Below, in pieces: positions 12,123-25,619 of a DNA stretch of 64,000 nt. Location of the stretch: NCBI GenBank assembly GCA_002104905.1, contig MCFE01000098.1:62001-126000 (forward strand), in the 5' to 3' direction. The notes under the pieces were generated by a model, which ran no database searches, was not told where the DNA came from, and saw nothing but the letters and a program-made list of their open reading frames with translations. The translations under genes were made by a program, and so were the position numbers. Numbering within the stretch: position 1 is the first letter of the stretch; each line of letters begins with the position of its first letter. The DNA is from Basidiobolus meristosporus CBS 931.73 (taxonomy: Eukaryota; Fungi; Basidiobolomycota).

Positions 12123-12926
12123 TGTGGTGGTGTAGAGGTACTCCTGGGAGAAGCTACACAACTCAAGGTGTGTGAGGTGTCTGATGGGTGCAATAACCTC
12201 TTTGTCTAAACTGCTGGTGTCTTTGTCAATATGTTACTATGGTAAAAGCTCCTGCTTCTCTAGCTTCCTAGGTGCTCCAAGTGTCTCCAAAGGCCTCTGT
12301 GTGTCTTGTGCACTACCCTGAAAAGCTCCTTGATGGCAGGTCTGAGATGTACTGTTGAAGGCAGGTGCAGTGATCAACTGCTAATCAATAAGGGAAAAGT
12401 GTTACTGATAGAAGGGATGATTTATTGATGGGGGATTGCTTTCCCTTAAATACTTTTCCTGATTGCCAAGTGATTACTAATGACAAGGTTCTAGAAGATT
12501 CTAGGTATCAGTGGAATTCTTGATGACATCACTATGAGCTAAAAATATGCCAAGAATGTCCTGGAAGGTTCTAAAAGGCACAGCACTCTCAACCAATCAG
12601 GAATCAGTAGTCTGTAACCTGTGCAACATAGAAATACCATATATGGTATTGAAATGGTAGAGATGGTAACACAGACCTAGGTCATGTGTCACAGGTACTG
12701 ACGCGGGTACTTGCCTTATATAGATACATCTACTGATCACAAAGCTGAATAACATCTGGGATAACTAATGCTAATAACTAATCAGGGTAAACATCATATG
12801 GGGATAATACTGATAATATGGGCAAAAGAAGAATGGGATAATACTGATAAGATAAAATATGGATAAGTATATCATAATGACTATATGAATAAACTTGTCT
12901 GTGGGAGGTATGCTTACCCTACCACA
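12123..12926 (-). repeat. 5' LTR of element A
   Basis: Near-identical to 9310-10113. TATATAA on the element strand lies next to the GGTACTGACGCGGGTACT motif. Confidence 0.95.
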
Positions 12927-13280
12927 GCGTACTTGGCAAATGGGATAGCAACTGAGGAAGTCTGCGTCCTGGTGTTTCTTGCAAGTGTATTGAATTATTT
13001 GAAGTTGTATTCTTGTAGTTGGAGGACCCAATGTGCTAGTTGACCAGAAAAGTCTTTAGTTTTCATCAGCCAGACCAGTGCACTGTGGTTTGGTACTATT
13101 GTGAATTGGAAACTATTATGTATGTGGGGAATTGTTTAATTGAATAAACAACAGCCAGATATTCTATCTTGGTAACATGGTAGTGATATTTATGTATTTG
13201 TTTAGCAAATGGCTCATGTAGCCAATTGGGTGAAATTTGCCAGGTTGGTGGTATTGTCCCAGTAGAGCGCCTATACCCAT

Positions 13281-14348
13281 TGTAGTGCGGTGACAGTGAC
13301 ACCCACTGACAGATCTGCTCATTCCCATATTTTCTACTTCCCTATATCTCTACTACACTTATTTTAGTTTTATCACATTTGTCTTACCTGATCAGTACTA
13401 TCCCATAAGCTGGTTGACTATCACACCTGCTTACCTTATTGCATAAGTTATCCCTCACTTTATGTAAGATTACTAGCTGTAAGTGCTTCTATATTAGACA
13501 AGTACCTGCGCCAGTACCCGTGATATGTGATCAACCCATGTCACCATCCCTACCACTTTCATACCATATATGGTATCTGTATGTTACACAGGTTTCAGAG
13601 TACTGATTCCAGATTGGTTGGAAGTGCTGTGCCTCTTAGAACCTTCCAGCACCTACTTAGAACATTCTTAGGTCATTCTGATGTCATTAATATTTTATTG
13701 ACATCTCAAACCTTCTGGAACATCATGATTAGTAATCACTTAGCCTGTAAGAAAATACATAAGGGAGGCTATCCCTCAACAATTAATAATCATCCCTTTT
13801 ATCCATATACCAACTTGTTGATTAGTGTGATTACTGCTACCTGCTACTACTTGGACTTCCAACCCCAGACCACAGGACACTCCCAGGAAACTGCGCTGAC
13901 AGCCAACTGACCTTAGAGGCAATACTTGTGAGGAATACTCAGAGTATGTATCTTTTGTTATATTTGATTCTTTCCCAAGTTTGTTCTTGTACAGGCAAAG
14001 ATACTTTTCTGTCTTTGTACTATTGACCACAGCTGCATTCTTATCAAGTCCCTGATGGTGGAGTTTACAGTTGTTTTGACTTTGAAAGCTTTGGTACATT
14101 GTTGTCTCAAAGAACACTGAACCCAGCACATACTTTTGTTAAGACACCAACTAAGTTGGGGATTGTAGTTCAATAGTTTTCCCTTGACAAGCTTGTGGCT
14201 TTATTCCCCATCACATTAGATTAGAGACAGAGCCCAAGTATTCCTAGCAAGCTTTTGCCAGAGGTTATTGCACACAGTAAACACCCCACACACAATACAC
14301 TTGAGAAGTGTAGGATGTATCTCTCACTTTGACCTATAAACCACCGCA
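13281..14348 (+). repeat. Solo LTR, family B (related to LTR A)
   Basis: TG...CA termini; reverse complement of the LTRs at 36018-38272. TSD CCAT/CCGT. Removing it restores the host RNase H frame D-G-S-L-T-G-I-G-A-L-L. Confidence 0.88.
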
Positions 14349-17300
14349 CCGTGAGACTTCCATCACAGTTGATGAAAAATATCACATCCCAGTTGGGAAA
14401 ATGTAACACTGGCAGAGACATCAGGGAATGTTTCAGCTGATCAAATGCTCTCTTTTGAGGCTCCAACCACACAAAACACTAGCCTTTTTGTGTCAATTTG
14501 TACAGGGGGGCTACCATCATTGCAAAGTTTTTGACAAAGCAGCAATAGCAGCCGGCTAATCCTAGGAATCCCAATACTGCATTGATATCTTTTAGTGCAG
14601 GTGTATCATGAGCAGCTTTTAGGAGTGAAGTAAATGTGTATATCCCATCTGCTGAGATCTTGTGGCCCAGGAACAACAATTGTGCATACTGGAAAGGACA
14701 CTTCTTGGGATGTAGTTTGAACTGGTTTGTGAGGAGGGCTGTCAGGATACATTGCACCTTTTATATATGTTCTTCTACATCAGGGGAATATGTCATAATG
14801 TCATCAAGATACACAAGAGTGCATTCCCATTGTAAATTTCTAGTACCTTGTCAATCATCCTTTGGAATGTAGTGGGAGCATTGCACAAGCTAAAGGGTAG
14901 TTGGTTCCATTTGTATAATCCAAATAATGTTATAAAAGTGGTTTTGGGTCAATCTTCCAGGGCTACTTCTACTTGCCAATACCCAGAGATTAAGTCAAGA
15001 GAGTTAAAATATTTAGCTCCAATTAATCTGTCAAAAAGGTTGTCTATTTGCGGAAGTGGATACACATCCTTCTGGGCAATGGCGTTCAACTTTTGGTAGT
15101 CAATGCAAAAACATCACTTTCCATCTTTCTTTGGGACTATCAGTACAGGGGAGGCCCACAGAGAATGGCTCTCTGTTATGATGTTGTCTTTTAACAAAGT
15201 TTCAACTGTCTTTTTGATATAGTCTGTGTCCATTTTCAAGCTCCTATAGGCTTTTTGTTTGATGGGTTATTTGCTGGCAAGGTGGATTTGGTGATATACA
15301 CCAGGTATATAGACAATTACTTGGTTCTTAGAGAATACTTGGGCAAGCAGGTGTATTACTTCTAGGAACTTGTCTTGTAACATAGGTGGTAGACTGGGGT
15401 CTACATCTAGTTTGGGGAGTTCCTCTTCTGGTTCCTTGTTTGTAGGCAGTCCTTGGTTGTTTCTGTTGACTTCCTCTAGGTTTAACAATGGCACTTCTCT
15501 AGGCAATGTCACCGCATTTTGCCAGTTATTAACCACTAAGCACTTCAGACTTTGCGTTTCAAATTTTAGTGGTATCCATACTTTGCGGATTGAGATTCCT
15601 TCCAGTCACTAGGATACCTTTGCTGCGGTTATCATTCTTCCACTTGTCAAATAAGCTATAGGTGTCTCTAATGAGATCACTGTCTCACTGGCTGGTGGTA
15701 TTTACATCACCTTTTGTGTAATGATCAGAGACTGTGACAGCGTCACCTCTTCAATTGTCACACTGTTGCTATGTGCTTTGCTCTCATTAGTGATATGGAT
15801 CAGTGTGATACTCTTGGTATCTCACCTGAGTTCAGATGCACTCTAGAGTATGTCCATCTTATGTTGGATAAAGCAACTCTTGCCAATAAGTAAGTTGTTG
15901 GCTGCAACAGGTAGGACCACAATATCTTAGTGTATAATCAAGTTGCCTAGCTGGATGGGCAATTAGGCACCACTCCTACTGTTGTGTCCAGTTGGTCATT
16001 TGCCAGCCATACTCAAATGGTGTTATTAGGGACTATATCTTAATTTAGACATTTTGCTAATGACTCTGACATGATCAATGTAGAGGATCCTGCGTCAATA
16101 AGGGCAAGAATCTCCATATTCTCTATACGTACCTTTATATATGTACCTTGATTTGGTTGTGTAGGTCTGTATGGTTGACATGAAGGGTTGTTATCTCCTT
16201 CAATCCCTCTATCAGTTTATTGACTAGAGCCAGCACAAGTCCCAGCAAATTAGTTATTGGGAGGGTTGCCTTGTTTTGCTCTAGTACCTTCATTATGGGG
16301 AATAGGCCATGGGAAGACATATTAGTGTACTTCATTTGCTTCCACACTTCTTCCTTAGGCTCATTCTATACTTCTTCACCTAATTCTGTGTTCTTTCTGT
16401 TTGACTGAACCTCTACTACCAGTTCCTTTGCCTCCTCTCTAGAAGAATCATGTTGACACTTCTTCTTCCGCACTTCAACTGTTCTGACTGGAAGGCTTAC
16501 ACCAAATGAGTTCTGTTGGCCTCCTAGAATGGGACTTTGTATTTTGATGCTTTGTTCTCTTTTGTGCCTGGTACAGGTTCTTGTCTGTACAGTTATTGCC
16601 ATTGTGAGCCTGGTGGCCTACTTCTCTGTATACATAGCATGGTTACAGTTGTTGTGGTTGTTCCATCTGCTGGGTCAGGGCTTGCACCTGGACCTCTCAA
16701 TCTACAACAGCTTCCCAGAGTTTATCACCTTCTTTGGGAACTTCTTGGACATTGTTGATCAAGAGTTCTTTGACCGTTTGCCATAATTCCTCTAACTCAT
16801 GGTCTTTTGGGGAGGCAATTTTTGTTTCTTACGGGGGATCCCTGTCCTTTGATCACTTGTATCACTATAGGGTAGCCCCCATAGTAAGATGACCCCTTGT
16901 AGTTGTTTGACCAACTCTTCCAATGGTTTACATCCCTGTTGTTCTTTGGATGCCATACATTTTACTTTGTCATCTAAGCCCATGATGTAATACATCATGA
17001 GCTGTTGTTTGGCAATTTTGTGCTTTGGGAGACATCAACTTGTTGAAGAGCCAGTTCAGTGTAGGCTTCATAGCTCTCACTGCTTTTCTTCTGTGAGCAA
17101 AGGAGAAGGGCTTTGTAGTGGTATCCCTCAGCCTATAGAAAGCATGCATTGTAGGCTTCTTCTAGTGCATCCCAGTTGTCTTTAAGTGCATCTGCCAACC
17201 CATAATGGCATTGCCATGCTCACCCTTCCATATGTCTTTCAAACTCCCTTACTTTCCTGTTGTTGTCCATCCTGCATCAACCTCAACTCTCTCAAGCTTA

Positions 17301-17507
17301 TCAAACCACTCAAGGACTTTCTCTCACTTTCCCTTGTACATTTTTAGTGATTGTTGCAGTCATTACCTCACTTCTGCATATTTCTGCAGAGACAGTACCA
17401 AATATGTGGGTTATTACTAACTGTACTTGGTGCATGGGAGAGCTTGTAGGTCAAGTCAGTGCCACTTGGTTCAGAATAGCTTCCAATGGTAGGTAGCAAG
17501 GTAGTAT

Positions 17508-20500
17508 AGACTTGTGTTTATTCTTGCCCATTGAGCAGGTAAATTCATGATCTTAGTAATTGGTCAATATGCTTAGCAAACACACAACCAATTGTGTAGG
17601 AGCAAATCAGATCAAATAGTTGCACTGGTGTTACAGATAATGTATGTATATCCAGCACGTTTATTATAGGGGCTCAGTCTCAGATGTGAGACAACCTTGA
17701 CATTACATGTATCAGAACTTAGCAATCACTGATTTGCAATGGCTTAAATTGGAGTGCAATAAAAACATGTTGTCAGTATCATGACAGGTGGTATCAATTT
17801 AATGAGATTGCATCAGCTTCTCCTAGGTTTTTTTCTCACATGGATTAATACTGAAGTACTTGGCAGAAATTCACTTTGCACACCTGAACTACTTCCATGG
17901 TGACTATCATCCTGTCTGCTTGTGTACTTAAAGTCAGTATTTTGCCTCCTAGTTTATGAGTACAATGCTGGAGCTTGGTGGTGCTGAATTGCCCCAGACA
18001 ATTTAATGGAACCAGTTTGAAGTGCCTCAAGCTGACACATACTTTTACTTGCCAAAGGCTCCAGTGGTGGAGGCACTTCATATGGGTGTAGATTGGACTG
18101 ACATGTGCTGGCATGCTGGCATTGAGGGGGATGGTACAGAATCCAGCAAGGCATGCAAGCAAGATATAGATGCAGTTGCTTGCGGTTTGTACTTTCCTAT
18201 TGAAGCTCACCTTCTGATTCCTCAAGGTATTCACTACCCTCAGTCTGATACTGGTGAACTGTTGCCTTGATGAGTCCTGTGTACATTGCTCTTGAAAGCC
18301 ACTCAGCTCCACTAGTATATCATAAGTACATTAGTCATTTGAGGCAAAAACTCATCAAATACATCTTTAGTTCCCAAAGTTAAAGCACCAACAGATGCAT
18401 CTGGCCCATACCATGCAAATTGCGCATGGAATTATTTGCAAGCAGCATACACATCAATACCCCTCACTCTAAGCTCATTCTTGATTTCAATACCTGTCTT
18501 GTTATATATCTGCATATATAAATCTGCAGGCATCTTGATGCTGCACTCATGTCACCACTGTTGATTCATATTCTTCCATCTCTGTTAACTCTCTGAGGAA
18601 CCCAGTGCTGCTAGATTAATGAGTATTGCCCAAATAACTGTCTGAAGGCACATCATTGACACTTGGGCCATACTAAAATCATTTGGCAATAACTCAAATG
18701 GATCCAATATTAACTTTCTGGTCTGGACAGCACTTGTAAGCTAGGGGATGGGTTTTATATGGTTTGTACTGAAAATGAGTTAAGACTTGGTATGGGGACC
18801 ATAGTGATGATATGGAAACTGATGTTATGATTTTCTACTTGAAGGTTTAAGTTGCATCAGTTGTTTTTTATTTCAATTAGTTATATGATTAGCCTATCAG
18901 TATATCAGTGTTATCTATCAAATCAGTAGCATTAGTTATGATATGAATCAGCATATCCTTATCAGACAGGAATAGATGTATTAAATAGGATCTTATTGGG
19001 TGATGATGACACAATCAAATAAGTCATCAGCCACAACCTACTTTAGGATATACAATTAGTCAGCAATTGATCTGGCAAAAATGTATTTAAGGAGCTGCTG
19101 GAACCACAATAAAATCAGTTCAAGTTTCATTGAATTCAATACTAGCTAAACTCCCTATTCCTCTACAACTCTTATACCAAGACTTGTAACATTGGTAGCA
19201 GCAATAACCTGAAACATCCCTCCTGAAGAAAGACAAAGCCTCCCTCAAGATGTCCAAAAATCAAGAATGGAAGAATGCTATGCAGCAAATCCTGGTCCAA
19301 TAGAAACAGTTACTCCAGATGCTTAGCCAGCAGCAATAAGGAATGACTTCCATGGCCTAAAGCCAGAAAACCCTGTCAAGAGCAACTTTAGTATGAAGTT
19401 CAACTGGTACAATGGTAGGGTCAATGAAAATGTGGAAACTTGGCTCTTCCAGATTTAAGAAGCTTTCAAGGCTAAGGGAGCTGGTCCAGAAAGCAAGTTA
19501 CATTATGCAGCCTCTTACCTGGCATATGCAGCTCTACTGTGGTACTACAACAAGATCAGGTCAGCCACCATGATGGGATGCTCTACAATCTCTACCTGGG
19601 ATGAGTTTGTGTTGGAAATTCAGGATGCTTTTGAACCTCCACACCAGCAGACACTACTAAGAAGAAAGCTGAAGACACTCAGACAGATATGAATGGTTCA
19701 AGAGTAAATCTATGAATATAGATGTCAATCTGGACAAATTGAAAGAATGGACCTCCTGGATCAAGTGGAATACTGTATTGATGGGTTGAATGCAAGAACT
19801 TGCAAGGAAGTGAATTATCAAAGACCCCAGATTTTTGAAGAAGCCATCAAGATTGCCATTAACTATGACTCAGCTCTGTTTGGAGTTGGGAAGCCCACAA
19901 TGACTAATCAGAGAGGCTACAATCACTATGAGACAAAACAATCAGAAGCTGTGCCAACAGAAACAGATGCTATGCAGAAGAATCCTACCTCAGAAGAATG
20001 TAAGAAGAAAGGACTTTGCTTTAATTGCCACCAGCAGGGACATATTGCAAAGTATTGCCCTCAGAGAAGAGATAAACACCAGCCATTAAGAACCCTCAAC
20101 CAAATTGAAGCCCTTGAGCAAAGTAACATGGAGGATGAGCTTGAAGCAGACTAAGAACTCACCTTCCATATAACAGAAGAATACCTATCTCAGATGATCT
20201 CATACTTGGAAAAGCTTTTATATTTGAATGGAGTAATGAATGGAGTACCTGCCAAGATCATGATTGACTCAGGAGTATTGCATGAGTACATGTCAGAGCA
20301 ACTTGCCTTGAAAGCTGGAATCAACTTAGAACTTATCAAGTCAACTCCAGTCTTAATAGCTGATAGGATCTCTCACACAATCAACTGTATTACTCAGCCA
20401 GTAAGGATGAAGATCAATGACTATGAAGAAGACCTACAGGCTTATATATTTGACCCACAGGCCTATTGATTTTGGAACTGCCAGTTTGACCTTGTACTTA

Positions 20501-23102
20501 GGAAAACCTGGCTATTTTGTTGTAATTGATCAATCAACTGGAGAACCCATGCTACCCAGACACAGAAAGACCTATGAGCTATTACCTGCCAGACTGGATT
20601 TCAACTTGGTTAATTCCAGTGTGTGTGAAACAAGTTAACTTAGCAGACAGAGCTCTGCAGAGCACTTAGAAAAGGTACCCATATGTTCCTCATGGCAATA
20701 TTACAGGAGGATTCCTCTATTCCAGTATCCCAGAAAGTCCAGACTCTTCTGAAGGAATAATTAGATGTATTTTGTGATGAACTTGTAGGCCTACCACCAT
20801 TCAGACGTGGATCATGCCATTGACACAGGAGATAGCCCTCCAGGGAGTAAGACATCTTACAGAATGAGTCCATTGGAGTTTCAAGAGATGAAGAAGCAAT
20901 TAGATCAGTTATTGGAGCAAGGATATATCAGACCCATCAAGTCACCTTGGGGAGCACCAGTACATTTTGTGAAGAAGGATGGAACACTTAGGATGTGCAT
21001 TAACTACAGAGCCCTCAACTCAATTACTGTGAAGAATAAGTACCCCATACATTAGATTGATGAGCTTTTGGAATAACTTAATGGAGCCACTATTTTCAGC
21101 AAGATTGACCTCATGTCAGGATACAACCAGAATAGAGTGAAGCCAGAAGACATCCCTAAGGCAGCATTCAGGACCATATAGGGATGTTACAAGTACCTAG
21201 TCATGAGTTTTGGCCTCACCAATGCCCCTGCAATGTTCATGACTCTGATGCAGACTGTCTACCAGGAGTACTTTGACAAGTTTGTGATAATCTACCTAGA
21301 TGGCATAATGTTATACAGCAAGACAGAAGAGGATCACATGGGGCACAATGAAATGGTCTTGAGGAAACTAGGAGAGAACAAACTATATGGCAAGTTAGCC
21401 AAGTGTGTATTATTCAAGGAACACATTGAATATCTGGGACATATAGTGACTAGCATAGGAGTGAGTTCAGACCCAAAGAAGGTTGAAGTTGTCAAGAAAC
21501 TGAAGCAGCCTCATAGCATATCAGAGCTCAGATCATTCCTTGCAATGGTTTCCTATTATTGGAGATTTGCCAAGTCCTTTGCAAGTATTGCAGCCCCTTT
21601 AACTGATATCCTCAAGAACAACAATACCTACAAGTGGGACATAGCTTGTGAGGCTGCCTTCCAGATGCTGAAGAGTGAAGTTGCTAAGCTGCCAAGCTTA
21701 GAAAAACTGACTTCAAAAAAGAGTTTACTCTGTGCACAGTTGCTTCAGATTATGCAATTGGTGGAGTGCTGAGTCAAGAACACAGGGGATAGGACTACCC
21801 AGTGGCCTTTGAATCCAGGAAACTGAACTCAGCAGAACAAAGCTTTCCAGTGGATGAGAAGGAGATGCTTCCTATATTCTACTGCTTGCAGACATGGAGA
21901 TGCTATACTGAAGGAGTCAAATGCACTGTGAAGACTGATCATGCCTTGCTCAAGTATATATTTACTCTGAAGGTACTCTCTAGAAGAGTGACAAGATGGA
22001 GTGAATACATTCAGCAATTTGACTTAGAGATTGTCTACTACCCTGGGAAAAGCAACATAGTTGCTGATGCCTTATCAAGATTAGAGCAGGTTGCACAACC
22101 CAACTTGATGCATGAATCAGACTGGCCTAGCCTATTACCAAAGTACTCGGAGGACCAAGCCATTTGTAATGAGGTGGATGAGGTGATCAGGCAGATAATC
22201 TGGGATGAAGCCAGCAAATATGTGGTACAGGATGAAACACTCTACCAAATTGTTGATGGAAGCCCTATTGCCTATTTCCCTTAAGTTGCTTGCCTGGATT
22301 TAATATGTAAGCTACACAATGGATATGGACATTTTAGGATTGAAGGAACCTATAGCTCTTTGAAAGCTAGAGCTTTGTGGCCCAGAATGAAACAAGATAT
22401 TAAGAAGCTTGGGAATACCTGCCCAAATTGCCAAATCTATCAAGGCCAGCCACAAAGAATTAACAAACTCTTTCCCTTGGAGCCAGTAAGACCATTTGAA
22501 AGATGGGGAGTTGACTTTATTGGAAGACTGCCATCTATCAGGAAATGCAACCATTGGATCCTAGCAGCAATTGACCATGCCACAAGATGGACAGTTGCTA
22601 AAGCTGTACCAATAGCCAGTGAACAACAAAGCACTCCAGAGAGAGGAGCATTCAGAACTCAGCAGATGGGAGAAATGTATTGCAGACTTAGCTTATATAG
22701 CAGAGGATTGTCAGAGCTTAGAAGGTATTACAGCTCATAGGAAGCCAAGTAATGACATGCTTAGCAGGAAGCAGAAGCTCTACAGTGAGATATTTAATCA
22801 GTATAGAGTGGCAATAGAGTATACATTTAAATATCCAAACAGTTTCAGCATATTGGCTGGTGAATACAGAGGAAAGCCATATATGGGAGAAAACAGAAGA
22901 ATAGGTAAAATAGTCATGATATTTGTCAATGCAGAGTATATTCATACAAGAAGACAACCACTGAGAGAAATCTGTATGGAGCAATTTGAAGAATAAATAA
23001 AGCAAAAAAAGCACTGTTCTGAGCAGCATTTGTAAGATGGAGTAAAATACCAGCAACTATAACCTACTACAGGCAGCAGGGTAGAAATCATGGGACAAGT
23101 AT
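17508..23102. mobile_element. Decayed, rearranged second copy of the PHIS transposon
   Basis: 17525-18820 is homologous to the ORF2 arm (28290-29830). 22627-23090 is homologous to the transposase C-terminus. Degenerate TIRs are AGACTTGT (17508) and GGGACAAGTAT followed by AAT (23092-23105). Confidence 0.6.
18823..22626 (+). mobile_element. Ty3/Gypsy element E (5' LTR 18823-19191, gag, PR, RT, RH, truncated INT)
   Basis: 369-bp TG...CA LTR followed by TTGGTAGCAGC. Zinc knuckle CFNCHQQGHIAKYC, PR MIDSG, RT FGLTNAPA..IYLDG, RH, and INT HHCC plus WGVDFIG. Multiple stops. Confidence 0.85.
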
Positions 23103-25597
23103 AATTTATGATCTATGTAGATTACCTCAAACATGTCCGAGTACCCCAGAAAGTTGGTTTGCATAAAGTTTATGAACATTGCCAGGGTATTTTTCAGGCT
23201 CAAACTCCTGACCACAAATTCACAATGTCTAAGTATGGTCCTGAATGCTGTCACAGGGATGGCCTCTTGTTTCTCTCTAATCTGGCTCTACATTGACTTG
23301 AGGTCAATCTTGCCAAATACAGAGGGTCCATTGAGCTGGCCCAAAGGCTCATTAATCCAAGGCATGGGGTACTTATTCTTCACTCTAACTGAGTCAAGGA
23401 CTTTGTAGTCAATGCACATTCTAAGTGTTCCATCCTTCTTTTTACAAAAAGTACTGGTGCTCCCCAAAGTGACTTGCTGGGCCCAATGTATCATTGCTCC
23501 AATAGTTGATCCATTTGTCACTTCATCTCTTCCAACTCCAGTGGACTCATCTTGTAACGTGTTGTGCTCATGGAGAGGGCTATATCCTGTGTCAATGGCA
23601 TGATCCACTTTTCTGACTGGTGGTGGGCTTACAAATTCATCTGAAAACAGGTCAGCATATTCCTTCAGAAGATTCTGTACTCTTGGGGAACTGGTGTAGT
23701 GGAATCATCCCATAATACCACTATGAGAAACATCAGTGTACCTTTACTAAGTGCTTCACAGAACTGTATCTTGCCAAGCTCACTTATATACAATATTGTG
23801 GAATTGATCAAGCTGAAATCCAGTTGAGCAGGTAGTAGTTTGTAGGTCTGGTAATCTTTTTGATTGGAGTGACATAGGTTCTCCAATTAATAGATGGAAT
23901 ACAGTTGAATAGCCATGTTCTTCAAACTACCTGATTATATTTGCCATTCCAAATATGTATACCTGTACTGATTGATGGAAATGCAAGCTTACTTTATGCA
24001 TCCCAGGTAATGAATTTGGTACTTACCTAGTGTTGGTATATCTGGTGGTCATACTTGCCAACCATTGAAAATCTCCAAAACCTTGTCTGAGGGCTGTTCA
24101 AGGCCTTGTTTGCAGACTGAGGCTCATCAACATAGGCTGAATAGTCATAGGCCAAACTTGTACCCACTTTGATGTAGCAAATTGTTATATATCAAGTATA
24201 ATAGCTTTCCTGAGTCTGAGGTCATCTGGGATAGGTATTCTTCTGTCATGTGGAAGGTAAGTTCTGAGTCTTCTTCAAGTTCATCCTCCATGTTACTATG
24301 CTCCATGGCCTCAATATGGTTAAAGGTTTTAGGTGGCTGGTGTCCATTTCTTCTCTGAGGGCAGTACTTAGCAATATGTCCTTGCTGGTGGCAATTGAAG
24401 CAAAGCCCTTTCTTCTTACATTCTTCTGAAGTAGGATTCTTCCAAATAGCATCTATTTCCATTGGCACTGCTTCTGATTGTCTTCTTTCATAGTGATTGT
24501 AGCCTCTCTTATTAGTCATTGTGGGCTTCCCAACTCCAAACATAGCTGAGTCATAGTCAATGGCAATCTTGATGGCTTCTTCAGTCATCTGAGGTCTTTG
24601 AGAATTCACTTCCTTACAAATTCTTTCTTTCAACCCATCAATAAAGTATTCAACTTGATCCAGAGGGTCCATTCTTTCAATTTGCCCAAGTAGACATCAA
24701 TATTCACAGATGTACTCTTGGACCATTCCTTTTTGTGTGAGTGTCTTCAACTCTCTTCTTAGTAGTGTCTGTTGCTGTGGGGGCTCAAAGGCATCCTGAA
24801 TTTCCAACACAAACTCATCCCAGGTGGAGATTGTAGAGCATCCCATCATGGTGACTGACCTGATCTTGTTGTGGTACCACTGCAAAGCTGCATCTGCCAG
24901 GTAAGAGGCTGCATAATGTAACTTGCTTTCTGCAGCAATTCCTCTAGCCTTGAAAGCTTCTTCAATCTGGAAGAGCCAAGTTCCCAGGTTTTCATTGACT
25001 CTGCCATGGTACCGGTTGACCTTCACACTCAAATTGCTCTTGACAGGGTTTTGCTGGCTTTGGGCCATGGTGGTCATTCCTTGTTGCTGCTGGCTAAGGA
25101 TCTGGATTAATTGTTGCTGCTGGGCCAGGATTTGTTGCATTGTATTCTTCCATTCTTGATATTTGGACATCTTGAGGGAGACTTCTTCTTTCTTCAGCAG
25201 GGATGTTTCTGGTTATTGCTGCTACCAATGTTACAAGTCTTGGTATAAGAGTTGTAGAGGAATAGGGAGCTTAGCTAGTATTGTATTCACTAAAACTTGA
25301 ACCGATCTTTATTGAGATTCTAGCAGCTCCTTATATCCATTTTGCCAGATTTATTGCTGACTAATTGTATATCCTAATGTAGGCTGTGGCTGATGACTCA
25401 TTTGATTGCATCATCATCACCCAATAAGACCCTACCTAATATATCTATTTCTGTATGATAAGGATCTGCTGATTCATTTGCTGACTAATATTACTGATTT
25501 GATAGATGATACTGTTATACTGATAACCTAAACAAATAACTAATTGATTTGACTAAAAGCTGATCTAACTTAAGCATTAAAGTGGCAGAAAATAACA
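23103..25597 (-). mobile_element. Second Gypsy E copy in opposite orientation (LTR 25229-25597, gag, partial PR, RT up to YIDH)
   Basis: Reverse complement of 18823-21310. Gag NRYHGRVNENLGTWLFQIEEAF and the same zinc knuckle. Cut at the RT YxDD motif by the PHIS terminus. Confidence 0.85.
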
Positions 25598-25619
25598 AGG
25601 CCAAGGAACAAGGTTGCCA

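Larger units (their letters stand above)
9310..12926 (-). mobile_element. Young non-autonomous LTR retrotransposon A (LTR-PBS-gag/protease-PPT-LTR, 3617 bp)
   Basis: Two 804-bp LTRs with only 3 differences found by eye. 4-bp TSD GCGT on both sides (9306-9309, 12927-12930). PBS, PPT and a single intact ORF are present; RT, RH and INT are absent. Confidence 0.92.
8245..17507 (-). mobile_element. Decayed Ty3/Gypsy element F (gag, PR, RT, RH, INT), host to two later insertions
   Basis: RT VYLDDIM (~14790) and FKLHPKKC..FLGHKIS. RNase H DGSLT|GIGALLG and EYLAVVYSIKQF. Integrase YLIIATNYFSKWVKA and C-terminal APQWIGPCTV. LTR end at 17405 with a PBS-like sequence. Confidence 0.8.
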
